From positions 26,846,001 to 26,910,000 of the forward strand of contig NC_045138.2 of NCBI RefSeq assembly GCF_008831285.2: a stretch of 64,000 nt of DNA, read 5' to 3'. Source of the DNA: Nymphaea colorata (Eukaryota). Shown in pieces: positions 1-15,200 of this stretch; positions within the stretch are counted from its first letter, which is position 1; each line of letters begins with the position of its first letter. Below the pieces are notes generated by a model that did not search any database, was not told the origin of the DNA, and saw only the letters and a list, made by a program, of their open reading frames with translations. Both the position numbers and the translations under genes were made by a program.

Positions 1-3000
1 TATGAATCTTTTTGTTTGTACAAGATGTAGTGCTTCCTAATATGTGTCATACTCTTCGCTATTTTTTAAAATCATAGTGCTGTGGTAGTTTACTGTTACA
101 GGGGCGTTAATTTATGGAGGCAAACCATAATGTCCTGCATCTTTTCGCGTCCTATTTTCTCGTGTTCATCCGTGGTGGAAAATGTTCTAAATGTTCGACC
201 TTGTAAAGTTAAAGGCTGAGAGGGCCCTGGGTTCGTGTTGGTTGCTTCCCATTTCTTTCACGGGGTTGTGGGTCTAATAATGTTGGCTACCACCCTACAA
301 CGAGGGTATCCAAGCAGTTGCACTTGTTCGTTCTCCTTGTTCAATATATGATCCTTTAGAAAGGATTATGATAGATTATGCTTGTATTTTTTTTTACTGG
401 CAGTCTTTCTTGGCAGTTCTTATATGTTTGCTTCTAACTTTTATGGGGAAAACTTTTTTCGTACCGAACCAGCCCGCCTGGCCACTCCATCCGCCCCTGC
501 CCCCTCTAAAGCTTATCCGCTAGATTTGATTGGCTTTCTTTCACTTTTCCATTATTCTGCATATTGAACCTTGTGAGTACGGTGCTGTATGATTTAATAC
601 AAAATTAGTCTCCAATAAAATTACGTAATTTTGATTAGCTGTAATCTATGCTGTCCAAGATTAAGATAACAAAAAGAATGCCTTTGTTTGATGTGACTGA
701 ATTAGCAATTATTTATAAGTCCGCAAATCTAGTTGAGCACAGAACCCAAAAAAATATGTTGCAATCGGTAATTGCTTTCAAGTAGTTGATGGTAGACACT
801 CTCGCCGGCCTGGTGTCGTTCAAAAGAGGTTTCGACCGGTTTGGTAGGTTAGGGCGGCGTTCTTTTTCACAAAGCAGAGAATGTACAACCCTATCAAAAG
901 AATTTCTTGGCCTTGCTTGCTTTGCTGAGTGAAAAGTGAATGAATCATGACCACCATAGTGGGATTGGCCCAAGCACATCAGCATCATCACCAATGACAT
1001 CCGTAGATCATCAAAATTCAGGTGCTAAGTTACGTGAACACTTCATGTTGGTCCTCATATGAGTCATGGCACGCCTACATGGGAACTTTGGTACTGGAAT
1101 ACATTAGGACGTGTTTTGGATCGTGTCTAGAACAGGCCCGATCCCAAACACATTAAATTCTTTTTCTTTTTAACAAAAATGTATTTCTTTTGCAGGATTT
1201 TGTATATATATATATGGTATACCCCACTTAAAATGCATTATATATATATAGTTGTATTTGTATCCCTGTGTTCACGTTTTCCAAGTATCTGCTTCATGTA
1301 TCCATACCCGCACTGGTTTCCATGTAACCTAGTTCAGATGAGTATTTTGTGTACTGTCATGACCCTGTTAATTGAAAAGATGTCTGACGTATGAGGATGT
1401 GAACATCCACGTGATTCCTTGCATGCATGCCTTCTCGGAAGGATGGTGTGTGAGTGTGTGAGATTGTGTACGCTTGTCACTTTGCATGACCTCATTCTGT
1501 CTGGCCTTATTTGATTTGCATGTGGAATCCACAGTTAAAAGACTTGAAGCTGTGGATGCGGATGCATATGCTTTGTTCTTTTTGCCAGTGACTGAAGGCC
1601 CATGTTCTACGGATCTCATCGCAGGGAAAACGTTGCCGTGTGCTTCCTTCACAGTTGGATTTCCTTTTCTTTTTCCCAGTTAGATTTCATATGAATAAGC
1701 CGAAATGTAAGGTGCACCTCCAAAGGTCAGGGAAGTTGAACCGAAAGGATTCTGCCAATGTGACCTCCAGGGTTGAGGACCATCTCTTCCTTTCCACTCA
1801 ATTCTATCCAAATCTGTATGTGAACTCGAGATGCATCCTGATCATATTCTTAGACCATGTTTAATTATCTTGAGGGGGTTGGTTCAATGGTTGGAACAAA
1901 GACTGGTCAGTCTCCATTTCGACTCACTAGTGCGTCAATTTCATATGAGAAAAAGGGGGTGTATTGATATATAAATTGAATTTTGCAGGGGCATCATTTT
2001 GAATGCAGAATTGGTACCTTGGGAGCCGAGAGGAAGAGTGGGGGTTTCTGCTTTCTTGTTGAATAGGAATGTGAAGTATTACTCATGCTCACCTAACTTA
2101 TGCCATATTTAACTAGATGTTTAGCTTTCTTCACTTGTTTTCAAAGCTTAAAACTTGTGGCAAAGGCACCTGGTTGGCCCAACAACTAACCAGTAGGTAG
2201 TTAGTTGCTGATTCAAATCTTACATATGTTTGTCCTTTGCGCACAAGCCCATGCATGCCAAGACAACCGGGACAGGGGAATGGCTTTGGGGTTTTATGTC
2301 TCGGCTTGACTAGGAGTCTCTTGTTGTGGATGGTTTCTTTCCAAGAAAAAGAAAAAGAAAAAAAACTTAAATTTTGTGCTATCAGGCAATAAGTTTTTGG
2401 AACTACTCACCACGTCTTTGCTTTCCCTTCCATGAGGGTAAGAGAACTTCTGAACGAAGTCAAGATTATATACGTAAGCAATCAAACAAGAACTTAAAAG
2501 ATCACAATATGGTGAAAGCTGCCTTCTATTCAAATCAGGTGCGATCTGCTTAAGGATGGCGATCCGAGAATAGTGTGTTCCATTCGGATCAGGTTCGATC
2601 TGCTTGCTTTCCTGCCGCCATGGTTGGATCCAACCTCAAGAATCATGGGCCCACATACTCGGGCCATCCACCGCCGTCCATCCATTTTTTTCTCAAAAGA
2701 TGGACGGCCTTGACACCCTGTGATGACTTCGCGAGGAATCAATCCAGAGCCGGCCGGACGGTGCCAGGCTTTTGAATTTTTGAAGGGCCCGATCCCGTTT
2801 GGACTTCCACTTTCGGCGTCAACAAACAGGATTTGGATTCCCCTGCCAAACGGGGACAAGCGGAAAGAAAAGCGACAGCGACGATGGGATGGGAAAGTGA
2901 AAAATAAGCAAAAGGGACAAGAACATGAAAAATAGCGAAATTAAGAAATCATGAATATCATGAAAAAGTTCGAAAAGAGCAAGACGTCAGAGGGTGGCTG

Positions 3001-4195
3001 GGTGGGGCGGTCGGTGCGGGACCCACTTCAAAGGTCGGCCTGGTGGGGCACACACTCCCTCGAGTCTCAGTGTCCCGGGACGTCAATTACAGTAACACTC
3101 TCCTAACTTTCTCCATTTTCTTTCCTCTCTTGTACCTGAAAAAAAATTCATGGATTCTTTTACCATGTAAAAAATTCCTGGATTGGGGTGGAAGGGAATT
3201 TTTCTCCCACCCATCCCAATTATGTTTGATAGATACACAAAAAAGTTTGGAAAAAAAAAATCAAATGTTTGATATTCATGAAAAATTTTCCTGGATTTAT
3301 ATTAAGCAATGGACCAACAGTGGGACTTCTTCTAAATCAGAGTAAAAGTTGATGACAGTCACGAATCCCTTTGTCAGCTCAGCATTGCCGTGCCACGAGG
3401 GTATTTTAGTCATTAGAAAGTCAGACGACATTGTTGTCAAATTTTCTGGACGAAGCGTTTCGCCCACGACGCGAAGGAAACCTTAAGTTTTCATCGCGAC
3501 GTCTTTTGCCCCCACAACTCTACGAAGGTGTAAAATGCGAGGCGGAAAATAACGCCAGGAAATAAAGGGGCCCTTTCTTGAATTGTATCACAGGACTACC
3601 CTCACGCTAACGGGGCCTTAGTGTGACCTGCGGAAGTTTGCAAGCATGAATCCTCCAGCTGAATCCTTCCACGTGGATTTTGAAGATAACTTCAAATTTT
3701 CACCCCGGCAGCATATGAAATTTAAGGTGGAGAAAGAATCATATCCAAAGTTTAGAACTATATGCGAAAATGTTAGATTTAGCTGGACTTAGGTTCAATG
3801 CATATATATATATATATATATTTCTTATTTGAATCAAAGCCCATTTTGGCTTCATCGATTTTCATTCTTTTTAACTACCTAAGTAAAAAAATGATCAAGA
3901 AAAGTCGCGTCCTTAAGAAAAAACGAATATATTTTCCTAAAGGAAATGATTGAGTTTAAAGATTAAGTGATTGAAGCTTGAAGGCGCCACGCGTATGAGT
4001 CGACCCTATGAAGCATTATGGCAAATCACGAAAATTTCGTTAGACACAGGGTCCTTCTGTTAAAGCAACCAAATAACTAGCCTCCCCTTTCAACTGAGAG
4101 AGCACAGGAAGCAAATCGTATAAATTTGTTAGCATACGCGTATTGTACGGAAGCAAATTGGAAAAGACGGTCGTCTACATTTAAATGACGGCGAT

Positions 4196-4342
4196 GTGAG
4201 AGCATCTCTCTCTCTCCTCGCTCTTTCTGTCTGGCCCTCTGCTCGTCTCCTCCTTCCTCGTGGAGAACGGAGGATCTCGATCGGAGAAGTTATCGGGCGA
4301 TCTTTTCTGGTTCTGCTTTTCCGATCGAAATCCCGTTGTGAG
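4196..4342 (+). promoter_or_regulatory. Probable non-coding first (5' UTR) exon of RHD3, followed by a ~1.95 kb leader intron (4343-6295)
   Basis: CT-rich leader typical of plant 5' UTRs, ending in a donor GAG|GTAGCC at 4343. T-rich intron-like sequence follows, ending at a pyrimidine tract + TGCAG (6293-6295) 2 nt before the RHD3 ATG at 6298. The start coordinate is approximate. Confidence 0.55.
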
Positions 4343-6297
4343 GTAGCCTTGGTTCTATTGTCCTGGTGTTTTCTTTGTTCGTTGTACTTCTTTGCTCTGT
4401 TTTCTCGATCTTCGAAGTTCTCTTTAGGGATTTCCCGATATTGAAAACAACAGTGCTTCTTAGGTTTTTGGATTAAGGTTTTTATGGATTAAGGTTTTGG
4501 GGGCTGCAACTCGTCCGAGTAGGCTTAGTAGGCTTGACGAGGTTCGCGCGTGCATCGATTCTCTGATTTTTTTTTTTATCCGGATTTGAGGATCAATGAT
4601 GAGTATGACCTTTAAGGATAGTGATGCGCTTTGGGGCGATAGAGTTTAGTTTAGTTTTTGTTTTCTTCCCCATAATTGCACAACTAATGCGGGATAATAG
4701 ATTGCTCGATCCATCGGGCTTGCTGATTTTCTATCTGTTGCTTATGTTGTTTTTGGGGAACTTTTGCCATTTTTTCGATGTAGACTGATCAGTGTTTGTG
4801 AGGGTTACTAGATGTATTTCAATTAAGAGGCTGGTGGAAATTACTGGCATTCGTTACATAGTCCATTAGTTGATCGAATTAGCTCGGAAGTGATCTTTTC
4901 GGCTGCGTTGGTGGATCAGTAACTGGAGTTGATTGGTTGCTTCTTGCTTTGTACGAAGAAACTGGTTGGACACTTGGGAGTTGCCTTTGTAATAATGAAA
5001 TGTTGGAACTTCCATGTTTTTCATTGTCTATTTGTTTCAGATGTTATTTTAAATGTGCGTTTTCTTGAGAGTAAGATGATTTCGCTTGCACCGTTGCTTC
5101 TGTAGGATAGATTGGGAAATCTTCGTGGTTTTACTTCTGTAAATGTATATACGACATGGAATTTAAACTGGAGCTTAGTTGTCATAAAAATTCTCGTTAT
5201 GGTTAAGTGTAAATGTTTGATAACTTATGCATTTTTTTCATTAGTAAATAAACAGAGCTTCATACGATAAATTGTTTTGGTTTCCTGGCATCAAAACCTG
5301 GTGTTCAAGAATGCTTTGGTTGGATGCAGTACAAATCTTTACTGTAGGCTTTGCCCGCAAGGGATATGGACATGTGGCTGAGCATCATTTCAGGAAGCAA
5401 TATCCCAAGCATTTTTTATTTTTTTTTCAAAGAAAGTTTGAGATAGGGTGCAGTTTATTTATGGTAATTGAACAGGCGTGGTTATGTTTCATGTAGATAT
5501 GCAAAATCAGTTCTATACTTAGACTTGGGTAACAAGCCATGTCAAAATTTTTAGGGCCATAAGCTTCCCATCCTTCTCTCCCCCGAAAGGCTGCTTTGAG
5601 TAACTTAGCCAAAATAGGGTAACTTAATCATATTCATATTGATTGATTTATCTGAGTGCTGATCTTTCAGATCACAAAAGGAGAGTTGAAAAAAAATCTG
5701 AAATGGCCTTTGGTTGGTAAATCTAGTTTTAACTGATTTGTTTTGATCTTTTTTGCACACCTCTGCTCATGTCAATAATTTCACTCAGCTTCTCAGCTTA
5801 CTTCTTGTTTCTGAGTTTTGATCGACACCTGTGTAGATCAGCTTACTGTATTCATGTTCAATGCTCTAATTTTGTTGGAGTCGGCTTGAGATAAGAAGCA
5901 TATGATTCCACTTTTTTTGGTTATCAGGTCATTGCTCAGTTGCAACCAAATGGAAGCACCAGACTGACAGTATTGTTGATCTAAGTTTGACTCTTAAGTT
6001 GCCTTTTGTTTTAGCATCCATTGACACTGGATTTTTCTTTTTATATGTCATTCTTTAAGTTATATCTTCGAAAGCTGGATAATGTGGATTTGTTCGTTTA
6101 GCATATTCCCTTGAAAAAGAATGATATCTTAAGCTTTATCCATAAGACATGCACAAACATTGTTTTACCCTGTTTGTATGTTTGAGTGCTTTAGGGCCTT
6201 TTTATTCGGTCTTGGCCTTTTATACCTTTATTTACACTCTGTAGTCTGATTCTCAGTGGTAATTGTTTTCATTTTACTTTTCTTCATTAATGCAGAG

Positions 6298-9200
6298 ATG
6301 GAGAATGAGAGTCATTCTATACAGCTTGTTGATGGTGATGGTGGCTTTAATCTTCATGGTATCACTGATTTCATGAAAGCAGTGAATTTTGGTGAACGTG
6401 GGCTTTCTTATGCAGTAGTTTCTATTATGGGTCCTCAAAGTAGTGGTAAATTCAGCTTCTTTGCCTTCATCTTTCTTTATTAGCATTGGCATGAGGTTCC
6501 TGTTAAACACATACTACTTTAAAGCTCCTCAGATTTGTCATTTGGTTTTTGATACTTGTTGCATCCTAATCAGTTTTGCACGTAAAGCACAAAAGGAATA
6601 TCACAGGCTGTTGGGTATATGTATACAGTGTGACGAACTGACGTTGAATAAATTTTGGATTCAAGTGAAAGAAAGGGTTCTCTAAATTGCTAGTATAATG
6701 CAGAAAGAAAAGAGTGAGAAAAGTTTTTCTGAGGGATCGACATTAGTTAACTAAACATCCTGTTCTACGAGCAGGGAAGAGTGGATGTGTCAAGAACAGT
6801 AAATGCTGTTGACATAGTGCTGCTACATCAGCTGTTTTATCCTGCTAAAGACCTTGTTGATGTATTTAATTAATTAATTGTGCAGAATCTATGTGGGAGA
6901 AATTTGTGCCGCTGTGCATGTTTATTTTTGTGTTGTCTAACGACTTGTTTCTACCATTGAGAAAATTAAGTTTGCATCAGCATTTCTATACATGGTAAAC
7001 ATGTTTTCCCACATTTCCTTTTTTTTTTTTTCTTTGAACAGGGAAAAGCACTCTTCTAAACCATCTCTTTGGAACAAATTTTAGGGAAATGGATGCTTTC
7101 AAGGGGAGGTAACTGTGCAGATCTTACGATTGATGCTTCCTTAAGCATTATGCTTTGTCTTAGTATCTAGTTGTGTTTGGCTGAATATGAATTAATGTAT
7201 AATTAAATCTTCAGGAGTCAGACTACTAAAGGTATTTGGTTGGCAAAGTGTGCTGGTATTGATCCTTGTACAGTTGTTATGGATTTGGAGGGTACTGACG
7301 GAAGAGAAAGAGGAGAGGTGATTGTATACAAATGCAAATCTGTTTTACTCTCTTTTTGCTTTCATTTTAACTCATTTATCTCAAGTATGTTACAGACTTT
7401 TATGCTTACTTTGGTGTTATGCTGATTGGAGTTGGGCTCTTTCTTGAATTTCCATCAAATGTCGATTGCATTTGGCTAGTTCCTATTTTATCATTCAGTT
7501 AAGATTTATCCTGCACAATCCCTGGTCGTTATATTATGCATGACCAAAAAAAGTTGAATTGCTTGAATTTTGGAGAATTCTTAGTCTTTGATGTAACTTG
7601 TTTGAAAGTTTCCTAAAGTTTCTACTTTGGATCATAGCTTTGCAAGGGCTACAATTGCAGTGTGTGTGCAAGTTAGTAATGCCATGGTATTTTCCCCAGA
7701 TTTTCAAATTTTACAATTTTTTTTGAATTACCATGATGACTGACTACATTTGGATTGGTCATGAGTAGCAAAAGTTAATTTTATTGATGTGGGGACCTCA
7801 TGTTCTAGGGTAAAAGGGTCTAGGACACAGCTTACTCTTTTCACTGTTTTGAGAATTCAATAGCTTCATAGTGGCTTTTACATGCTGCAAACAAAATGAT
7901 TATTGATGCTATCATGGTTCATCATGACGAAAATCACTGGGACATGCTTGAATTGTCAATGTGATAATACCTCAAAGCTTCATGTTCAAACTTGCACTCG
8001 GTTGTGTGTCAAACCTGCACCAGCATTTTATCATACCTCATTACATTTTATGGTATTCTTCAGTTGGGTGCTGTAACCTGTATTGAACAATTAATGATCA
8101 TCTCTCCCCTTCTATGTTCACATATTGTTGTTCTCCATTTAAAATATGATGTCATTCTCCATTTTATGGACTTCTGGATTTTCAGTTGTTGTTTTTCTTT
8201 AATCTTTGATCTTCTCTTGCACATTTGTTATATTTGTGATTTGTATTTGTACATTCTGGTGTTCTATTGGGATCCTAGCACCGTGACTTGTGTCAGACAC
8301 CAAGAACAATGTGGTGCTAGCATTCTTCTGATGCACTTCCTTGCATTAACTAATTGTGTGATGTACTTGCTTATTTTCAGGATGACACTGCATTTGAGAA
8401 GCAGAGCGCCCTTTTTGCTTTGGCTGTTTCAGATATAGTACTTATAAATATGTAAGCTGTTTAATTCATTACCTGATTTCCCCTTCTGCTCTCTGGGGCT
8501 TCTGCATGTTGATAACAGTTTGAAATTTATTCCAGGTGGTGTCATGATATTGGTCGTGAACAGGCGGCAAATAAACCTCTCTTGAAGACTGTCTTCCAGG
8601 TACTGTCCTTTGGTGGTCACACAGTCTGATTCTTCAACTGCTAACCATTTTGTTGATCTGGTGATAACAGGTTATGATGCGATTATTTAGCCCTCGCAAA
8701 ACAACATTGCTCTTTGTTATACGTGACAAAACAAAGGTTGGTAACTTTTTGATCTACAAAAACATTGTCTAGTCATCTACATTCATTGTCCTTACTTTTC
8801 CACCTGTTTTTGCATGTAGACACCTCTTGAAAACTTGGAACCAGTCCTGAGAGAAGATATACAGAAGGTAACTCATCAATAACTACCTGGATCTCAACTA
8901 TCAGTTGTTTTTCCTGTGCTACAAAGTAACCTATTCTTGCAGATATGGGATACAGTTCGCAAGCCACAGGCTCATAAAGACACTCCACTTAGTGAATTTT
9001 TTAACGTATGATCCTATTACATATAATGTTGGTCTTGCATAGGATTTATTGATTTATATCTGATTCCATGGTTGAAATTTGTTATTCATATCTGACATCC
9101 AGGTGGAAGTTGTGGCCCTTTCGAGTTTTGAGGAGAAGGAAGAGCAATTTAAGGAGCAGGTATTATGTTCTATCATTCTGGTAAAAAGAGATTCATGGCA

Positions 9201-12200
9201 ATGTATTCACCCTTTCTGTTACAAAGTGTTGCCTGTGTTGCATGGCTGTAATGTTTGCATTGTCTAAGTCTGTGCTGGATTATGTTGCCTTTGTGCATAA
9301 GCATTGATTTTATGAATTGGCTTCTGTAAAAATGCCTGATAATGATTTGAATTGTTATGAAGGTTGCATCTTTAAGGCAGAGATTTTTTCATTCAATTGC
9401 TCCTGGGGGATTGGCTGGTGACAGGCGGGGGGTTGTGCCTGCCTCAGGATTTGCTTTTAGTGCAGAACAGATATGGAAAGTTATTAAAGAAAATAAAGAT
9501 CTTGATCTTCCTGCACATAAGGTGCTTCTCCATTTCTGGTTTTCTGCCTCTTATGCCATGGATTTGAAAAGTTAGAATTTACGTTTGGTCTCTAGGTTTC
9601 TCATGATGAAATGCTTACTTTTCACTGGCCATCACAGGTAATGGTGGCAACTGTTCGCTGTGAAGAAATTGCCAATGAGAAACTGTCTCTTTTATCATCT
9701 GACAAGGTAAATGAAGTTGGACATTCTGTTCTCTGCTGGTTGTTATCTTTGATTGTTCTAATTGCTGCAAGGTTCTCCCTGGTGCTGTTCTTATTTTAAC
9801 AGGACTGGTGCGAGTTGGAAGAGTCTGCACAATTGGGTCCAGTTCATGGGTTTGGAAAGAAGCTCACAGCAATCTTAGATGCCTGTTTGTCAGGGTAGAA
9901 CTTCTACTTGGCTGTTACTTAAGCATCTGAACCTAGTGGATACCTCCATATGATTCTTTGATCTATTGGAGTTAACAACTTAAGAACATGAATGTGGTGG
10001 GTTTTTTATCAACATTGTGGGATAAACAGTTGGGGCTACATAAATTGTTTACAGCGTGTCCCAGTTTGCTTTTACAAAACTTTTTAATGATTAATGTCTG
10101 TATTTATCTTGATATCTCTGCTTCCTTGATGACCAATGAGTTGGTGATTGATCATCATAATGAAGTGTATTCATGACACTTGCATTTGGTAAATAATGAA
10201 TTATGTCTATTTTTGTGCTAAAATAAATGAGATTAGCAAGCAATGGTGCAACATGGCCCACAGTGGAAAGACTGAAGTTTGACCTATTATGCAAGTTTAT
10301 AAATTTCATGAGTTTGGTGTAGTTTCTTCTGTAATTAAGAACAAAAAAATTCTAATCTGAACCGACTTTTATAGTCAACATTTAGGTGTTTTACTCAGCA
10401 GATGGTAATTGCCTTGTCCTTGTCCATGTAAGTAGGTTTTCAGCTTTGATATGAAACCATCATATGATGATATGAAGTAAAAGTATTCTATCTTTTCTTC
10501 CAAAACTTCTGGATTATTCAATAATTCGAGATTGAAACCTAACTTGTATTTCTGCTCCTTCAGGTATGATATGGAAGCTATCTATTTTGATGAAAGTGTT
10601 AGGTCTGCAAAGCGCCAACAGTTGGAATCCAGAGCATTACATGTAGAGACACAATATCTTGTCTTTGAATTTTGAAGTTTTTTACATGTCTTGAAACTTT
10701 GAAGTTTGAACTGATATATTTGATGATCAATTACTATGCAACATAATTCTTAGTGAGTTTCATGAGCAGTGCACCTTAATATTTTTGCTAATGCTATGAT
10801 GATTTGTAAACCTTCTTTGCATCGTTTCTACTCATATGGTTACCCATCCATTTTCGTTTGGTTGTTAAAAATTTGTTGTACATCTGCGTTGCAGATCCTT
10901 GCAACTCAGTAACCATTCAACTGAAATTTTGGCGCTTTGTTGATGATTACCACACTCTCTCTATTAGTACGATACCTCTTGTTTCATTGTACCCCCTGAA
11001 ATCATGGTTCTCTTTTGTTCTCCGTATCCTGCAAATTGATTGACTTTGTTGTAAATCGATTTTGGAATGCAATATGCATGTTTTATCCTTTCAACCAAGT
11101 GGTTTGCTTGGGAGAAGGTCTGTGGTATGCATTTCACTCAGTAATTCCATATATATAGAATATGCCTTCTATCATCATATTTTGCTGAATACAAACTCAT
11201 CTGTTGTACTTAATCAAAATGTGGGCATGTGTTTATCATAGCTTGTTCAACAGGAGACATGTTCTGGGCTAAGTTATTTTTTCACTTTCAGCTAAAAAAT
11301 CCCATTCTTTCTATTTGTGGTTCCGGTTAATTTGGTTGTTGGTTGCTATAGGAAAGCTTGTTTAATGTTAATGTCTTTTATTTCCTATATAAACTATAGG
11401 CTTCATGCTTTAGGGTGAAATAAATGGGTTTTGATGAACAGTTTGGTAGTTGTTAGTGGCATAAGTAAACTTGGTGTGTTGCATCTGCTAGCAGATCAGA
11501 TCTCAAGGGATCTAGTGAAAAATGTTTTCTAACCCCCAAGGTTGCATCCCTTGTATCAAGCTCAGCGGTTGCCTTGAACAGACGATCATAGAAGATTTGG
11601 TAAATGGCATTTATTACTCTTTGTATAGTTTTTTGTTCCTAAGATGCACAATAAACAAAAACTCGATGTAAATATGAATGGAACCTGGTAGGCTGGTAGA
11701 TTGGAGCACTCTAGGGCTCAACAGGGCTATGACTTGGTATGACAAAATTCAAGCCCTTTGCATTCAAGTAAGTATATATATATATATATACACACACACA
11801 CATAGACACACAAAAATGCCTATGCAATATGTATGGCATTTATTACTCTTTGTATAGTTTTTTGTTCCTAAGATGCACAATAAACAAAAACTCGATGTAA
11901 ATATGAATGGAACCTGGTAGGCTGGTAGATTGGAGCACTCTAGGGCTCAACAGGCCTATGACTTGGTTTGACAAAATTCAAGCCCTTTGCATTCAAGTAA
12001 GTATATATATATATACACACACACACACACATAGACACACAAAAATGCCTATGCAATATGTATATCAAATTCATCTAATGAGCAATATCATGCAAGGGGA
12101 GTTGCCTACAAAATTACAAATAATTAGTCAAATTTGTCTCCCAAATCACAGCCCAAGGGGTCAAGCATCATTTTAGAAAGAAGGGATGGGCCTACACGTA

Positions 12201-15200
12201 CAAGAGTGTGAGAAGGAGCTACTCAAGGGCCTAGCTCAATGGACATGCAAATAGCCAAAAACATTAACCATGAAATGTAAAAATGTGGTGAGAACAAGAG
12301 GCGGTTTTCCTTTTTATTTTTTTTGGTTACCCTTACACAAAACAAAATAAGGAAGCAAAAAAATGAAATGTTCTCATGGTTGGCCAGCTTAGACGCTGAC
12401 TAGGCAACCCACCTATGTTGCCCTGCCTAGGTGGATCTCCTCGTTGCTCAGCCTGGCGCCCAGCGTCTAGTTGTGCCTTCGACTACTATGCATGTTGGGG
12501 ACAGATGGTACTGAAAAGCTGTGATTTTTTCTGTTCTTGATTCAGACGATGGATCCCATGCAAGAAAGGAAATTGTCCTTTGGAACTTTTCCTTGAAGCA
12601 CCATCATTTTATGATAATTGTTCTACATAGCTCTTCCTTTTTCACAAATCACCGGATCAAGTGTTTTCTTAATCCTTTTGGATCTTGAACAAGCATTTTT
12701 GTCATCGACTGCATATTTGAATATGTTGTGTAGTGGAGATTTATTTTCCAAGGTTCATAATGTTCTCCAAAATTGTTTTCATTCGTCAATCGAAGAATTT
12801 TGTGCATCAGTCGCTTTCTTATGGTTCTTTTATCTCAATTTTGTAGCTTGTCTATCCTGCATACCAGTCCCTGCTTGGACACCTAAGGTCCAGAACACTA
12901 GATAATTTTAAAATTGTTTTTGACCAAGCTCTGCAACAAGGTGAAGGATTTGCTGTTGCAGCTGAAAATTGTGCCACTCGGTGCATGTCAGAATTTGATC
13001 AAGGGTGTGCAGGTAATTACAAGGAAACCTTCTTGCTTATCTACTGGAAATAAAAAATAATGTTGTTTGAAGCTTTTGTAGTTTGGCGAATTTTATCCAG
13101 TTATCCCATTGTTATTGCCTTATTGGTTTGATGATATATGTTTTGTCAAGTTCTACAGGTGATGTCAAATGTGTTATATCATAGGCAGAGTTTACTAGGT
13201 GGACAGGAACAAGTCATTCTTTTGGCTGCAGACTAGATAATAATGCACTGAGAAACATGACTGTTAGTTTCTACCTGTCCGTTATTATTTATGTGGTGCA
13301 CCTGTGGTGGTAAATGTGGTATGCACAAATATCTGGTGACCCTTATGTGGGGCCTTCAGTGGCTATCTCTTGGATCACTGAAACTCTTCTCTTACAGTCT
13401 GAAGAGGCAATTAGCTATCAGATGGAACACTTCCTTTCAAATATTTAATGGAATTTGACTAACTTTCTAATTCTGGCGTTCAGATCCCTTAGAGTCTGAA
13501 ATTCTAGCCTTTACTGGGTTGCCTGCCTTCAACTCTCCCTGCTTGTCTTGATTCATGGAATCTGGTCATCTTCCTTTATGTGTATGTTGCGTGCGTGTAC
13601 CATATGAACATTTCTAATGTCCACATGGTATCATATTGGGTGGAAAATACAAATTTTTATTTTTTCCATCGTTTTTGGTGGATCAGACCCTGCAGCTGTG
13701 ATCCACTGGTTGAAGATGGTGGGATCATGTAGTTCGCATGCACAAGCAGGCTTTCCAGGGTTTTAAAACTTAATGTGGTCATACTTGCATAGTTTACTAG
13801 TTTAGTATTATTCAATATGAATGTGGGTAGTTGTATAGAAAATCAATATATGTTGCTAATGCCTTGTAATGATATCAGATGCATCTGTTGCGCTTGCCAA
13901 TTGGGATCCTTCTAAAGTTAGGGAGAAACTAAGACGTGATATTGATGGGCATATCTCTTCAGTCCGCACTGCAAAGTTGGCTGAACTTACTGCTCAATAT
14001 GAGGTACGCTGGTCTATACATGTAGAATTCAGCTTTGCTGTTTTGTTTTGTTTTTTTCCCCGATGTAAGCATTCAGCTTTGTTGAGGTTATATTTTAATT
14101 CAGCTATTTGGTTTACCATAATGCTATTTTTTGATGTCTGCTGAATTTTCATTCTAAAGTGTCTAGCTGTTGATTAAGCTACTTTGCATCCTTGCAGAAG
14201 CAACTTAGTATAGCACTGGAAGAACCTGTGGAGTCTCTTCTTGATGCTGCAGGTCACGATACATGGCCAGCAATAAGAAAGCTCCTTAGACGAGAAACTG
14301 CAGCAGCAACAGATGGCCTCTCTCGTGCCCTCTCGGGCTTTGACATAGATCAAGTAACCATTGAGAAAATGCTTGCAACTCTTGCTGACTTTGGTAGAAG
14401 TGTGGTTGAGAAAAAAGCTAGAGAAGAATCTGGGAAAGTCTTGATCCGTATGAAGGACAAGTAAGGAGTTTACATCTCGTCGGCATGGTGATTGTGTCTT
14501 ATTCTTCACTCTTCAGTAACATTGACAATCAAATGGCTTTCAGGTTTTCAACATTGTTTAGCCATGATGCTGATTCAATGCCTCGGGTTTGGACTGGGAA
14601 GGAAGATATCCGATCAATTACGAAAACCGCTCGTTCAGGGGTAAAAAGAATGTTGTTTTCTATGTTAGAGATTCTTTCTGATTGATTGATTGTTTATTGC
14701 CATTTTTCTGGATCAGCAAAGGAGGCTAAAAGTACTTTCTTCTTTTGCAGTCCATGAAGCTGTTGTCGGTGATGGCTGCTATTCGCCTGGATGAGAAGCC
14801 TGACAATATAGAGAACACCCTCGCACTTGCTCTCATGGATGCTGGCAATGTCAGCTCTACTAACCGAAGCTTAACATCTTCAATTGATCCGCTGGCTTCA
14901 AGCACGTGGGAAGAGGTAAATTGCAATTCTAAGGAAACCATACATACTGCATGAATACAAGTAACATGAATGAAGCCTTTGTATCTTGCATTTTATCTAT
15001 AAATATGTATGTCAATGTTGTCATCAAATTTGTTTTTATAGACGTTTATGGCAAGTTGGATCCTGCTTTTTCATTACTAAAGTGTGTTATTTGTTCTTTA
15101 AGGCCACATCTCCATCTGTTAATTTGGGATGGTAAATGTGATTGATATTTAAGATGTTTTCTGCAAATTGCTCTTCTGTTTGCTTGCATCACATGAGTTA

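Noticed and set aside
2992..3020. G-quadruplex-like G-run cluster upstream of RHD3
   Set aside because: It has one long loop and lies more than 1 kb from the probable start; the pattern is common by chance and has no supporting evidence.
1..3400. Short ORFs in the first 3.4 kb
   Set aside because: No recognisable motifs or consistent exon chain; treated as intergenic sequence or the 3' flank of a gene outside the window.
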